Shown: positions 1 through 11,720, counted from the stretch's first letter. The stretch: DNA of 55,264 nucleotides from Perkinsela sp. CCAP 1560/9 (GCA_965644495.1 CBFFSA010000051.1:1-55264); one strand, 5' to 3'. Numbers and translations are program-made. The notes: a model not told the origin generated them from the sequence alone.

Positions 1-498
1 AATAATTTTTCCAAAATGGTTTCCCCTATTGTATTTTGATAGTTTGGGACCTACACTAGCTTTCTACGCAGTTGTTTTCGCAAGGTATCACTTCTTCGAA
101 CTGTGGTGCGCCCCCCAAAATGACCCATTTTTGACTAAAAAAGGTGAAAAAGTATTTTTCGGACCTAAAGGGGCATTTTTGTGTCGAAAAAATGGTATGG
201 TTGGAGTCGCATTCTCTACCCAATACGTTCGGTAGGCTTTCATTCATGCCTGCGAGTGATTTCCCACGCGCAAATGTCGGATTTAGTGCTCTGAGAGCAA
301 AAATATGCGAAAATGACCCCATTTGTACCCGAAATTTGGCTATTTTTGGCTATAATCTTTCCGTTTTCCAGGCTAAATTTTCTTTTTTAGGCTCTTCGTT
401 AAACGCGGCGGTAGTTTTCAACGCGAAGCGCGCAGCATGAGTGACTTCTAAGTTGAAAGCAACCACCGCGTTTAACGAAGAGCCTAAAAAAGAAAATT
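1..498 (+). mobile_element. Non-autonomous Helitron2-like (HINE-like) repeat, subfamily A, 3' part with terminal ~100-bp hairpin H
   Basis: Near-identical to the reverse complement of 40153-40640. Ends in hairpin TTAGGCTCTTCGTTAAACGCGG...CCGCGTTTAACGAAGAGCCTAA (387-487; arms extend to 376-498). Confidence 0.8.
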
Positions 499-658
499 AT
501 ACCTCCTAGGTATAATAACCCGGACGGTGGTTTAGTAAAACTTTTTTATTATTTTACAATATAAGTTTTACTAATTTTTGCGAGCACTGTATAATAGAGT
601 ACACATGTGTTTCGCTGCATGTACAGCATATTTACAAATCTAATATTTTTTGTAATGA

Positions 659-1489
659 ATGTTCTCATCATGTACTTTTTTTTCTTTGTTCGGGCTTCAC
701 ACAGTTCATAACGCTGACGTCCCTGCGCGACGAGTATTAGCGGGAAAGGTGCGAGCGACGAATTTCCCGCAAGAATATCAACTTTCACGATTTATTGAGG
801 ATGTAAAAAATCCGCATTCTCTATGGAATTCTTCAAATCATGCCTGCGATTGGAAGGGTGTGACTTGTCAGGACGATCTACAAGTCACGGGAATCGATTG
901 GCGTGATATGGATCTTAAAGGGTCTCTCCATTGGGATTGGCTACCGTATTCTTTGCTATCCTTTAGCGGAACACACAATAAGCTCTCGGGAGAGGTGGTG
1001 CTCAATACGTTGCCCCCACATCTTTCCTACTTTGACGCAACTAAGAATTTCTTTAGCGGCAAGCTAGATTTGTGTCATTTCACGCACTCATTGCAACATT
1101 TTTTGATAAATACTAATAAGTTGGAAGGCTCTCTGGACCTTACTCAGTTACCGCCTCATTTGGAACATTTGGGAATTTCGCGGAACAAGTTTTCTGGTGC
1201 CGTTCGTTTTGATCGCCTGCCTCCAAGTTTACTTTATTTTGACTTATCGCACAACACATTTACGGGGCCTCTCCACGTACAGAACTTACCTTCGAAACTT
1301 CAAGCATTCTTCTGTAATAACAATTGTTTCAGTGGCTTAGTGTTGATTGACAATCTTCCGACACAGCTAGAGCATTTCACTATGAATATGAACTTCAGAC
1401 TTTTTGGTCGAATTGACAAGTCCATTCTTCCTGCGACTTTGCTGAATTTTAATATAGCTAACACAAAGATTTTTTTGACAAGGCAGTAA
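659..1489 (+). CDS. Short leucine-rich repeat protein (LRRNT cap + LxGxLDLxxLP repeats)
   Basis: W-x6-C-x-W-x-GV-x-C cap followed by LxxNxLxGxlDLxxLP repeats. Confidence 0.9.
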   Translation: MFSSCTFFSLFGLHTVHNADVPARRVLAGKVRATNFPQEYQLSRFIEDVKNPHSLWNSSNHACDWKGVTCQDDLQVTGIDWRDMDLKGSLHWDWLPYSLLSFSGTHNKLSGEVVLNTLPPHLSYFDATKNFFSGKLDLCHFTHSLQHFLINTNKLEGSLDLTQLPPHLEHLGISRNKFSGAVRFDRLPPSLLYFDLSHNTFTGPLHVQNLPSKLQAFFCNNNCFSGLVLIDNLPTQLEHFTMNMNFRLFGRIDKSILPATLLNFNIANTKIFLTRQ

Positions 1490-1630
1490 GAGATTCTTGT
1501 TTTGTTTCAAAACGAAATTACCGTACGTACCCCCTGACTGTACACGACGAAAACTGAAAAATCTGGTTTTTCGGGGGGTTTCAGGGCGTGTGCAAAGTGA
1601 GGGAGTGTGCAAAGTCATGAAGTAGCACTA

Positions 1631-1913
1631 CCGTATACCCCCCCAGTAACAGAGATTTGGCCATTTTTGGGCTGATCCCCAGTAACAAGGATTTGGCCCG
1701 GGAGGGTGGTTGGAGGGGGGGGGGATATTTGGGAGGGTGGAGGTGGCTGGGCAGGGTGAGGGTGGTTGCGCGCGAGCGAGTGGCGTATTTGCGGGGTTGA
1801 CTGGGCAGAAAATTAACGCAATCATGAACAAAAAAGATGAACCAAAACCCGCCCAGTAACAAGGATTTGGCCATGTTGGTCCAAAATCAATTCTATTACT
1901 GGGGGGTATACGG
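1631..1913. mobile_element. TIR MITE (Tc1/mariner-pogo-like), TA-flanked
   Basis: TA|CCGTATACCCCCC(C)AGTAA ... TTACTGGGGGGTATACGG|TA. Internal repeats CCCAGTAACAAGGATTTGGCC. Relative at 34928-35397. Confidence 0.8.
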
Positions 1914-2385
1914 TAAATACTTAGAGGGGTGACTCCTATCCAGGCGCTTCTAGGCGCTTCCAGTGAACTTCTATGGAGTTCAGACTTGGTAATTTGAGGA
2001 CAAGCAACATAAACCCCCCTATGGGGGGACATGGGGGGGGCACACCTTTTTTATTTTCTGAAATATTGTCCAAGGAAGTGACAGATTGGGCCGCGGCTAT
2101 CATTCTGGTGAGGTAATAAGACATTTTGCACTGCGTCAGCAAGAGATGAATGGCGTAAATTGTTGTTGTTTTTGTTGGTAACAAGAGCGCCTGCAATACC
2201 CTCATGCAAGCGCCTCAAATACCACTCCGGTTCTCGGGCTCCGCCCGAGTACGGGGAGGCAAGACTCTCCTAGATTTTTTTCTATCCTAGTTATAGACAT
2301 TTATAGGCTAGTTGTAGGCATCTGGGAATTTCTCTAACTTTACACAGAAGACACTTATACTCTCATTTTTTTCTATTAACCCTCT

Positions 2386-3141
2386 ATGTTATTACTCCCT
2401 ACTTGTGCTCAAGACTTCTCTTCACGGGCAGGACGTATTCAGCACGCTGTTCTACCCCCGGAGATACAACTTGGGCGGTTGGTTCGTAATATTTCGAATC
2501 CTCATTCCACGTGGCTGCGGAGCTCACCGCCTGAGGAGTGGAATGGTGTATTTATCGGCAACGGCATCATTGAAGTACTGCGATGGAGGGGCATGAATCT
2601 CAAAGGTACAATTCCTTGGGAATATCTCCCCGCTTATCTAGTGACACTTTCTTTGCTGGAAAACGAACTAGAGGGTACCCTTAGCACTTCTTGTCTTCCT
2701 TCTTCACTTTTGGCGCTGCAACTTGGTTGCAACCAGTTTGCTGGAAGCCCAGATCTTGCAACTCTCCCTGCTTCCTTAATTACGCTTGGTCTCCATCAGA
2801 ACAAGTTCTCTGGGAAGCTAGATCTGGAAGTTCTGCCACGTGAGCTGCGCTACGCCACTTTTGAGCGTAATTCCTACCATGGGGAACTTTGTCTCACGTC
2901 CTTGCTACCAAGTACACTGCGTGAACTGGACGTGAGTCGATGTTATTTTTCCGGTTTTCTAGATTTGCGAGATCTTCAGCCCATGAGGATGGTGAGGATG
3001 AGAAGGAACTATTTCACGCGTGTTATTCCAGCCTCATCTGATCTTCCTTTTTATGTACACTACGAATGGCAATATTCGGTGGTGGAGCTGCCATCAAAAT
3101 TCTGGCTCACCAGCTCACTTCTGGACTACTACAAGGACTAA
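2386..3141 (+). CDS. Short leucine-rich repeat protein
   Basis: Same LRR consensus and N-terminal R..RI....LPPE motif as paralogues. Confidence 0.88.
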   Translation: MLLLPTCAQDFSSRAGRIQHAVLPPEIQLGRLVRNISNPHSTWLRSSPPEEWNGVFIGNGIIEVLRWRGMNLKGTIPWEYLPAYLVTLSLLENELEGTLSTSCLPSSLLALQLGCNQFAGSPDLATLPASLITLGLHQNKFSGKLDLEVLPRELRYATFERNSYHGELCLTSLLPSTLRELDVSRCYFSGFLDLRDLQPMRMVRMRRNYFTRVIPASSDLPFYVHYEWQYSVVELPSKFWLTSSLLDYYKD

Positions 3142-3775
3142 GTTCCACTACAAGGACTTAGTTCTAAAATAGAAGATCGTAATTAACTGAACTGTTTTGT
3201 TGTTCATAATCGAAATTAATTTTAATGTTTCTTTTATCAAAACTTTGCCTTGATATTGTCAAGATAACGTGCAGTAATTTATTTCCGAAAAAAGGTCAAA
3301 AGGGACTTTTTTCCCCAAAAAGCTTTTAACTTCGTATTTTATTTAATAAACTGTACCAAAGAAGAAAATTTATGACCTTTACCTTGGTTCTGGTTCTGAG
3401 CCTGGAAAAAGATTTTAAATTCTTTAAACAGTGGATTACAAGAAGTCCCTAATTCACATAGTGCGGTACAGGCTTCTATCACCACGTCATCCAAGATTCC
3501 CAATTACAAAACGTGATGCAGTCAGACATTTTACAGCTTATGCAAAGAAAAATGATAGAGCGGAGTCGTGTGAGCAACAAAAATATGATGCTTAATCACT
3601 CGCTTAGGTAATACAGAAAATGTGTCTGCGAAACTACCACGAAACAAAATCAAGTTTTTTTTCACCCGAAAAAAGTTACAGCAGTGCTTTTTAGTTCGTA
3701 AAAAGCAATTTTTTACTAAAACGTTTTATTTTTTTCAAAGCAGAACACCATTTTTTTACTTCTCTGTCACAAAAC

Positions 3776-6700
3776 ATGTTTAATTATTCTACCGTGTCTC
3801 ACTTCTACTGGGCGCAGTTAAAACATTCTTCGGCGCTTCGAGATTCTATTCTGAATCCTGATTACATCAGGTTTGCTCATTTTATTAAGGCGCAGTGGTG
3901 CACACCTCAAAAACCGGCATGGACCGACAACGCTTCTCGTCGCGAGACCATTTCCGTATCCAGCCCTTCCGACAACGTAGTTTTGGGTGAATACCCAACA
4001 GCAACGGAGATGGAAATTGATCAAGCCGTAAAAGCTGCTGAGTTGAGCCGTATAAAATGGAGAAGGGTCTCCGCGCAACATCGTTTCACTCGCTTGCTTT
4101 ACGTCTGCGAGGCTTTAGGGAGGAAGGACGTACTACAGCGACTGGCTCGAACGGAGGCGCTCCAAACAGGCATTCCGCTACGGATAATATCCGCTCAATT
4201 GCGCAACTTGCTACAGCAGTTTACTTCAAGTCTACACGACTGTATGCGAAACCGACATCAGTCATTACATGACTCTCACAAGGATGTTACAACTACCAAA
4301 AAATGCTTTATGACGAATTGCACGTGTTGTTTATTTTCGGAGAACGTTTTAACGTGTGACGAAGGAAACAGCACTTCTCTCGCTTTTCCCACTCCTGCAC
4401 AATTTATTGACCGAAAATCTCATCGTCAACATCTTCAGAAAATGTGCGACGACGTGTCAAATAGTTCTGGGCGCACACCCGGGGTCGTTGCTGTTTTCGG
4501 CACGCCTGTTTCTCCATTATTTTACGGCCTGTGGAGTGTGTTAAATATTTTGGCACGTGGGGACACAGTGGTATGGAAACCTCACGAGAGTGTTCCACTT
4601 AGCGCCTTGGCGTTGGCCCATTCCCTATCACATGTTCCTTTTTCTGACCGCGGGATCACTCCACAAAAACTTGGCACCAATACCACAAAAAACTCTGATG
4701 AAGCAGAGCATCTATTTACGGATGCGGGCGGAATTTCTCTCGCGTTACCTGTTGGCTCAATTAATGTAATCCTTGGCAGAGGCAAGGGATGCGTTGGCGA
4801 GTCATTATCGCGACATTTTTTGGTCCAAAGTGTACGTGTTGCGAACGAGGCCAATCCTGCTGCAGAGTTTAAAACATGTAGGGTTACCGATTCTAGTACA
4901 AATTCCACCCCATCGAAGGGCTTAGAGACATCATCACCGACCTACCTTACCGGGTATTTCGACACCCCTACCGTAACCCATCGTATCTGGCCCGATCTCA
5001 CACGTCTACCTGAAAAACACAGCTCCTCTTCCGACCCCGTCGTTCGTTTCTTTTCTCAGTGCTTTCACAAGATGTCAACCAAGAATCAAGAACCCACCAA
5101 CTCCCCTTCCCCTCTTTCCTTCAAAGAATACACCAACATGGCACTTCAAATCGCCCACTCCCACTGTTTCCTCCCCATGGGATACAGCCTCCCCCATTGT
5201 TCTATGATTCTACTCCCCTCCTCCCCGTATCGGTTTCACCGAACCTCGGGAGCCTCCCCAAAATCTTTCTCAGAGGCGCCCTCTCAAGGGTCCTCGAACT
5301 CCTTGTTAAAGGATGCCCTCCCAAGACCTCACTCAGAGGCTCACTCTCGGGGGACCTCAAAACCTCTCTTAGAGAAATCCCCCTCAAAAGAGGATTCCCT
5401 ATCACAGGCGCTCTCTCAGGGAACCTCGAAACCCCTATCAAAGGATTCTCCTCCAAAAACTCTCTCACAGAGCATTCCCCCAAACCCTCTCTCACAGGGT
5501 ACTCCCCCAAGCCCTCTCTCACAGAGTATTCCCCTCTCCAAACTCAATCCTCCATCACAGGATTCCCCCTGTCCCTCCCCTACCTCTTCTTCCCCTACCT
5601 CTTCTTCCCCTACCTCTTCTTCCCCTATCTCCCCTACCTCTTCCTCCCCTATCTCCCCTACCTCTTCCTCCCCTACCTCTTCTTCCCCTATCTCCCCTAC
5701 CTCTTCCTCCCCTACCTCTTCTTCCCCTATCTCCCCTACCTCTTCCTCCCCTATATCTTCTCCCCCTATCTCTTCCTCCCCTAACTCTTCCCCTATATCC
5801 CCTAGCTCCTCCCCTACCTCTTCTTCCCCTAACTCCTCCCCTACCTCTTCTCCCCCTACCTCCTCTTCCCCTATCTCCCCTACCTCTTCCTCCCCTATCT
5901 CCCCTACCTCTTCCTCCCCTACCTCTTCTTCCCCTATCTCCCCTACCTCTTCCTCCCCTATATCTTCTCCCCCTATCTCTTCCTCCCCTAACTCTTCCCC
6001 TATATCCCCTAGCTCCTCCCCTATCTCCCCTACCTCTTCCCCTATATCCCCTAGCTCCTCCCCTACCTCTTCTTCCCCTAACTCCTCCCCTACCTCTTCT
6101 CCCCCTACCTCCTCTTCCCCTATCTCCCCTACCTCTTCCTCCCCTATCTCCCCTACCTCTTCCTCCCCTATCTCCCCTACCTCTTCCTCCCCTACCTCTT
6201 CTTCCCCTATCTCCCCTACCTCTTCCTCCCCTACCTCTTCTTCCCCTATCTCCCCTACCTCTTCCTCCCCTATATCTTCTCCCCCTATCTCTTCCTCCCC
6301 TAACTCTTCCCCTATATCCCCTAGCTCCTCCCCTACCTCTTCTTCCCCTAACTCCTCCCCTACCTCTTCTCCCCCTACCTCCTCTTCCCCTATCTCCCCT
6401 ACCTCTTCCTCCCCTATCTCCCCTACCTCTTCCTCCCCTACCTCTTCTTCCCCTATCTCCCCTACCTCTTCCTCCCCTATATCTTCTCCCCCTATCTCTT
6501 CCTCCCCTAACTCTTCCCCTATATCCCCTAGCTCCTCCCCTATCTCCCCTACCTCTTCCCCTATATCCCCTAGCTCCTCCCCTACCTCTTCTTCCCCTAA
6601 CTCCTCCCCTACCTCTTCTCCCCCTACCTCCTCTTCCCCTATCTCCCCTACCTCTCCTCCCCCCATCCACCCCCTCCTCCACGCCCTCACCCACGCCCTA

Positions 6701-7300
6701 CGCCCCGGACACGCCCTCGACCCCCACACCGCCCTCGGCCCCCTGCGACGTCCCCAGGACGCCGTAACCTGCCTGGCCTACCTCAGGGCGTGCCAGCAGT
6801 CCCGCGGGTGGGACCTCGTCGCCGGGGGGTTCACCGTGGCCCTCCCCGGGGGGTGCTACCTGGCCCCCGCGGTGGTGTACCGGCACGTGGAGGTAGAGGG
6901 GGGGCGGGAGGGGGAGGGGGAGGAGAGGGGCAACGAGGTAGAGGGGAAAGACCGCTCCCGCAAGGGAGGGTTGGGGGAGGGGGAGGGGAAAAGGGATGAA
7001 AAGAAGATAAAGGAGAGGAAGAATAAGGGTGTCGAGTGGATAGGCTCGGGAGAAGGGGGAGGAGAGGGGGGAACGAGGGGGATGGAGGGGGGAGAGGGAA
7101 AAGAGGGGGGGGATAAGGGGGTGGTGTGTTCCAACACTATGGAGGAGGCTATGGTACGTCTGTACCGCTCCTTGGAGAAGTTGATAGAGGACTGTCCCCG
7201 GGGTCCGATTCTTCATGTAGTGAGTGTCGGGGATGGAAGAGGGGGCAAGAATGAGTGCGGTGAGGCGTTCAAGGAGAAGGGGGGAAGGGGATGTGCCTGA
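3776..7300 (+). CDS. Divergent aldehyde-dehydrogenase-fold protein with long Ser/Pro/Thr low-complexity insertion
   Basis: ALDH landmarks: EIDQAVKAA, PGVVAV, LARGDTVVWKPHESVPLSA, LPVGSINVILGRG, LGPL, LVAGG..GCYLAPAVV, GPILHV. PWN, FTGS and ELGGK motifs not found. Confidence 0.7.
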   Translation: MFNYSTVSHFYWAQLKHSSALRDSILNPDYIRFAHFIKAQWCTPQKPAWTDNASRRETISVSSPSDNVVLGEYPTATEMEIDQAVKAAELSRIKWRRVSAQHRFTRLLYVCEALGRKDVLQRLARTEALQTGIPLRIISAQLRNLLQQFTSSLHDCMRNRHQSLHDSHKDVTTTKKCFMTNCTCCLFSENVLTCDEGNSTSLAFPTPAQFIDRKSHRQHLQKMCDDVSNSSGRTPGVVAVFGTPVSPLFYGLWSVLNILARGDTVVWKPHESVPLSALALAHSLSHVPFSDRGITPQKLGTNTTKNSDEAEHLFTDAGGISLALPVGSINVILGRGKGCVGESLSRHFLVQSVRVANEANPAAEFKTCRVTDSSTNSTPSKGLETSSPTYLTGYFDTPTVTHRIWPDLTRLPEKHSSSSDPVVRFFSQCFHKMSTKNQEPTNSPSPLSFKEYTNMALQIAHSHCFLPMGYSLPHCSMILLPSSPYRFHRTSGASPKSFSEAPSQGSSNSLLKDALPRPHSEAHSRGTSKPLLEKSPSKEDSLSQALSQGTSKPLSKDSPPKTLSQSIPPNPLSQGTPPSPLSQSIPLSKLNPPSQDSPCPSPTSSSPTSSSPTSSSPISPTSSSPISPTSSSPTSSSPISPTSSSPTSSSPISPTSSSPISSPPISSSPNSSPISPSSSPTSSSPNSSPTSSPPTSSSPISPTSSSPISPTSSSPTSSSPISPTSSSPISSPPISSSPNSSPISPSSSPISPTSSPISPSSSPTSSSPNSSPTSSPPTSSSPISPTSSSPISPTSSSPISPTSSSPTSSSPISPTSSSPTSSSPISPTSSSPISSPPISSSPNSSPISPSSSPTSSSPNSSPTSSPPTSSSPISPTSSSPISPTSSSPTSSSPISPTSSSPISSPPISSSPNSSPISPSSSPISPTSSPISPSSSPTSSSPNSSPTSSPPTSSSPISPTSPPPIHPLLHALTHALRPGHALDPHTALGPLRRPQDAVTCLAYLRACQQSRGWDLVAGGFTVALPGGCYLAPAVVYRHVEVEGGREGEGEERGNEVEGKDRSRKGGLGEGEGKRDEKKIKERKNKGVEWIGSGEGGGEGGTRGMEGGEGKEGGDKGVVCSNTMEEAMVRLYRSLEKLIEDCPRGPILHVVSVGDGRGGKNECGEAFKEKGGRGCA
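5572..6665 (+). repeat. Polypyrimidine minisatellite (15-nt and 9-nt units encoding SPTSS/SPI) with higher-order repeats
   Basis: CCCCTACCTCTTC(T/C)T units; longer blocks recur; reading frame preserved. Confidence 0.95.
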
Positions 7301-7821
7301 CGTAATGTCTTTTTTTGATAGGATACCATGGAACTACAGTGGTGGTCAGCGACATGTACGCCCCCCTACAGGTTTTGTGGTTTATCCCACTTTAAAAATT
7401 TTCTGTATACCACCGTTTTTCGACCCAATCGTTCCGAATCCGCGTACTTTTCCCACTGGTGAAATCCTGTATCATACACGCTGTACCTAAACTCAAGATT
7501 AAACAGCCAAAAACGCGAAATGTTTTTACAGACTACGATTCATGTGACCCCCCCTTTAAATTTCGCCCAGTTTCACCCGACAAAACCAAATGACTCCAAG
7601 CACTATGTTTTCCAAATCATCGTCACCAAAAAAAGATATGCGGTCGTAGCTCGTCTTTAAGAATCCCTCACAATGAACGCGGGCAACGTGATTTACGGTA
7701 GAACCGCCCACCATTAAAATTTTGAGCTTGAGAAGTCGGTCTTCCCCCAAGTTACTGGACTGGTAGTCCATGAGCTCTTTGGCCATGACATAGCCATCAT
7801 ACACCTTGTGTCTTGTGAAAA

Positions 7822-7849
7822 ATAAAGATACAGTTTCTGTACCTTGTTG
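7822..7849 (+). other. Spliced-leader (mini-exon) 3' segment at the 5' end of the retrotransposon
   Basis: ATAAAGATACAGTTTCTGTACCTTGTTG, compare the T. cruzi SL 3' end GATACAGTTTCTGTACTATATTG. Identical to 11800-11827. Lies 40 nt upstream of ATG 7890. Confidence 0.85.
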
Positions 7850-7889
7850 AATTATTTTTCAATTTTGTACTAAACGTATCTTCCGGAGC

Positions 7890-9560
7890 ATGGCCTCCAA
7901 TGACCCCTTACCTGCTCCTGTCGCGCACGACGATCTCTCTCGAGGATCTGTCAGAGCGAGGCGACACAGTCAAGCGTTTCACTTTAGCAGAAGTCGCGCA
8001 GTATCTATGAAGCTGCGCTTATCAGAAAGCACACTCTGGTCTTACTTTCCTGACACACATGCAGCAGCTGTTTTCCTTACCGAAAAGAGTTTATTCTCGA
8101 GCGTACACACGGCTGAAGCTTCCCTCGGTAAGACCCTCCGAACAGGAGCCAAAAGAGATGATGGCTTAGTCATCGAGAAATGCAACCTGCAAGAAGTTAT
8201 CGATCATGAAGCATGTGACTACGTGGAGTACCGAGAAATACAGGACCCCCATCGAATCGCGAGCTGGGCCTCAGCGTACAGCGACGAACACTTGGATCTT
8301 TGTTCTCACTATGCCTCCGCTCAGACATTTGGAAAGGCAGTTCTGAAGAAACTAAATGGGTGCAACGTACCCGGTCTATCCCATCTTTCAGTACGACATA
8401 TAGCCCCTGTTAACCAAACGGAGAACCAGTCTTGGAACCGATGTTCAATCACATTCGACGCCCCTTACAAAATCAGAGCCGATGATCACTCCCTACCACT
8501 CCTCAACAAACCCGACAAAACTCCCATGCCCTGTGCCCATCGATGCCGCAATAAAGCAACATGCCTACATCCATGCTGCAAAATTATCGACACGACACCT
8601 GCCACCGCAGACCCAACCTTAACAGACGATGTACCTTTCACCCAACCAATGACGACATTCAACCCAAGCACTCCTGTCATGAATCCTGAAAGACGTCCCT
8701 GTCGGCACACATGTCGAGACAAACAGGCATGTGGACATATATGCTGCAAAGTGGGAGTACTCGTTGAACAGAGTACGTCTACGCACACACATCATGAGGC
8801 GCCATCCAGAGCGGGAGTTCCTCATAACCACTTCCCTCCTCCCTTAGTTAACACCCGTAACCACCCCGCTACGCCGTCTGCAGGAATAGAGAGCCCGGGG
8901 TCCGGCGATTCTCGTGCACCCCCATCACCAATACCAACCAATCCTGAGCACGTGAACCTGCGCAACTCGACATCCAACATCCAGTACCGTCCGTGCCTAC
9001 ACCAGTGTAGTGACAAAACGATGTGTAAACATCAATGTTGCAAAACTGGGGTTCGTGTCTCCCCAGAGGAGGCAACGAACTCGAGATGGTCACTAAGGGG
9101 TCTTCTTCCCTGGCCTAACCAAAGTTCCAGTGCCCCGATAACGACGAGGGCCTCGTCAACGGAGAGAAATATCACAGCTGAGACCCTTCGAGACGACGGA
9201 AATAGGCAAAGACAAATCCAGCAAATGGAACACCCAACAAGTAATACAGGACGCGAAACCGGGCTCCCAGAAAGCATACCTCAAAGTACCAGTAGCGGAG
9301 TACTGCAAGGAGAACGACGCCGTCCATGTGCGCATAAATGCAATGACAAGACACAATGCAAGCACGATTGCTGTAAAAAGGGGGTGCTTCTTAAAGCTGG
9401 AGAGATGGTGTGCTCTGCGCTACTATGGACAGCGCGTGGACTCGCTGGTATCCCAGACAACCCTCCGATAGCGCGCGATGCTCCCGTGACAGTCAACTGT
9501 TCGAACCGAATCAACAGAGTCCACGAGAAGGATAAATCACACTCGGGTGAATCCCGGTGA
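7890..9560 (+). pseudogene. N-terminal part of the retrotransposon ORF with four C-x-H-x-C-x-[DN]-K-x2-C-x-H-x-C-C-K zinc fingers
   Basis: CAHRCRNKATCLHPCCK, CRHTCRDKQACGHICCK, CLHQCSDKTMCKHQCCK, CAHKCNDKTQCKHDCCK. Appears to continue by frameshifts into the 9547 and 9761 frames. Confidence 0.8.
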
Positions 9561-9760
9561 ATTCCCAGTGTATGTAATTCCTAAGTCTCCCGAACAGCAA
9601 CAGGTGCAGGAAACCCCGGAAGTTCCCCTTCCATTACCTCTACCAGCCCCCGATACCTCCCTAGCAACACTGCTCCCAGAAACAGTCCTCCGAGCAACGG
9701 CTCCCGATACGACACCTGCGCCAGAATACCAAACAATACTTCAGAGAGTCGCACGAGCTC

Positions 9761-11207
9761 ATGAAGTTACCGAGAGTTCTACACCTACGCCCTCTGAGCT
9801 TGACATTCTGTTGCGGACATCACGCACTATTGCGGGGGGCCGCGCACTGGTGCGCTTCAATGACCAGCAGTGGAGCCAGGTATTATCAAAGATTGAGGTG
9901 CGCTGTAGGGAGTTCCTGCGACCTGCAACGAACGCGGACGATGCACTGCTTAAAGCGGATATACTATCGGCCATACTGTCGGTGTCTGTCTTCGAAATCG
10001 CTCAAGAGATTGACCCTAGGCGAGGTTTCATGCTCCGTACAAACATGGGCCACGCAAAACGCGGATTGCCCACTGGCCATAGACAGAACACAAAAACAGC
10101 TTGTTGCACACATTCGCCAACTAAAACGTTCACTTGCCTTCATGCATGGCGCAGAGCGCAACAAGCAGAGAGGGATGATCAAGCAAGCAGAAAAGGCGCT
10201 GAAGTTCTACGAAGAAGAAGCCACTCTTCAGAAACAAGAAATCGAACGCAGATGGGCCCTCACCCGTTTCCAGCGAAATCCCTGGACAGCCGCTGGTATG
10301 TGTCTGGACAGCCATGAGGAAGAGGCGCATGAACACGGTACAACCTTCCCAACAGCGTCCATGAGTGAAATCGAAACCTTCTTTGCGGAGTCTATGTCTA
10401 AACCCGAGACCAACTATACCATCCCATCCGACGAGTTCCTTGGCCCACGCCCGCTAGAATCCATGAATTGGACAGAAATTGATGCCGGTACTATTGCTGC
10501 TGCATTGGTCTCGAAACGGGCAGGCGCCGCTCCGGGATCAGACACCGTGACGAATGCACTTCTGAAACATTGCTCAAGCATCTACACCTATATCGCACAA
10601 ATTTTTAATGATGTCCTTCAATTCGGTATCTGCCCACTTACGTGGAAAACTGCTGTAACCCGACCGATACATAAAGGTGGCGATCCTAAGCGCATCGAAA
10701 ATTGGAGGCCAATTAGCCTCACCAGCTGCCTTGGAAATCTCTTTCACTCCATTATTGGACACCGAATCCTTCAACACGCCCTGGAGACGAATGCGATCGA
10801 CACAACTATCCAGAAAGGCTTTCTGCCTGGTATGAATGGAACGGTAGAGCACACTCAAGCCCTATGTGAACTCATTGAGCACCAACGAAGCCATAAACGG
10901 CAATACTGTCTTTCCCAGTTCGACATTAAAAACGCATTCGGATCGATCCCTCATAATATTCTCTTCCAGTCTCTCCGTTGGGCCCGCGTCCCCTCACCCA
11001 TCACCTAATACATTGAAAACCTTTACCATAAGGCCTCTCTCCAAATCAAATGCAGTGAAGGACTCACCAAACCAATCGAAGTCGGACGGGGCGTACTACA
11101 AGGTGACACTCTCTCCCCAGTACTATTCAACCTCTCAATGGAGTTGGTGCTGCGTTTTGTCCGGTCTAGCTGTCCAAAATACGGTATTACATGGAACGAC
11201 GACGAGG
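9761..11207 (+). pseudogene. Reverse transcriptase domain (premature TAA at 11006-11008; YADD region lost)
   Basis: Reading through the TAA gives YIENLYHKASLQIKCSEGLTKPIEVGRGVLQGDTLSPVLFNLSME, then an abrupt junction to a repeat at 11208. Confidence 0.85.
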
Positions 11208-11720
11208 TGTCGTTTTTTGAAATTTTCAAAATCTTGATTTTCGAAATCGAGCGCAGGGAAGTGGTAGAGTAGGCCGCGGAGATGACTTTCCACCCCCCAC
11301 CTGGGGGTACCCCCCTGGTACGCGCGGAAGGGGTCCGACAAGGTCAAAAATTCCGAAATTTTTGGGATGACTAAAAAAAATATTTTTTGATCCAAAAAGA
11401 AGCAAAAATATTATTTTTCAAAATCGACTACTAAACCGTATTTGGAAAGTTTCGGACCTCAGCTACCATTTTACGACGTTTTTGTCGACAGATTCGACTC
11501 CTGCCCCTACTGGTAAGGCATCCAAAACAGCCCAAATTGGGTGTAAAATTTCGCAATTTTTGCCGAAAAACCGAGCTGTTTCCCCCAAAAAAGTAGATTA
11601 TTCATGATCTTTTGGCGATTTTTCTTTTTTAGGCTCTTCGTTAAACGCGGTGGTAGTTTTCAACGCGAAGCGCGCAGCATGAGTGACTTCTAAGTTGAAA
11701 ACGAAGAGCCTAAAAAAGAA
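11208..11720 (+). mobile_element. HINE-like repeat, subfamily B, 5'-truncated, inserted in the RT
   Basis: Homologous to 28660-29181. Ends in hairpin H with an internal deletion (GTTGAAAACGAAGAGCC). Confidence 0.85.

Noticed and set aside
29-440. Small ORFs repeated at 40200-40611 and 41471-41787
   Set aside because: Chance ORFs within copies of a non-coding repeat
387-487. Hairpin H as a stand-alone MITE or bacterial terminator/REP
   Set aside because: Almost always at the same end and orientation of A/B/C modules and of the Helitron, so treated as their terminus
2225-2273. Canonical Helitron 3' end (CTCGGGC-TCC-GCCCGAG hairpin ... CTAG)
   Set aside because: CTAG is followed by A rather than T, spacing is long, and there is no 5' end or second copy in the window
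3128-3162. Short tandem duplications (here; 15074-15110; 24694-24732) as excision footprints
   Set aside because: Simple slippage explains them; no associated element
5416-6729. Antisense Gly/Glu- and Arg/Gly-rich ORFs
   Set aside because: Shadow frames of a stop-free minisatellite
11006-11008. Stop-codon reassignment (in-frame TAA in RT)
   Set aside because: Host genes have no internal stops and end in TAA/TAG/TGA. The element has other disabling lesions.
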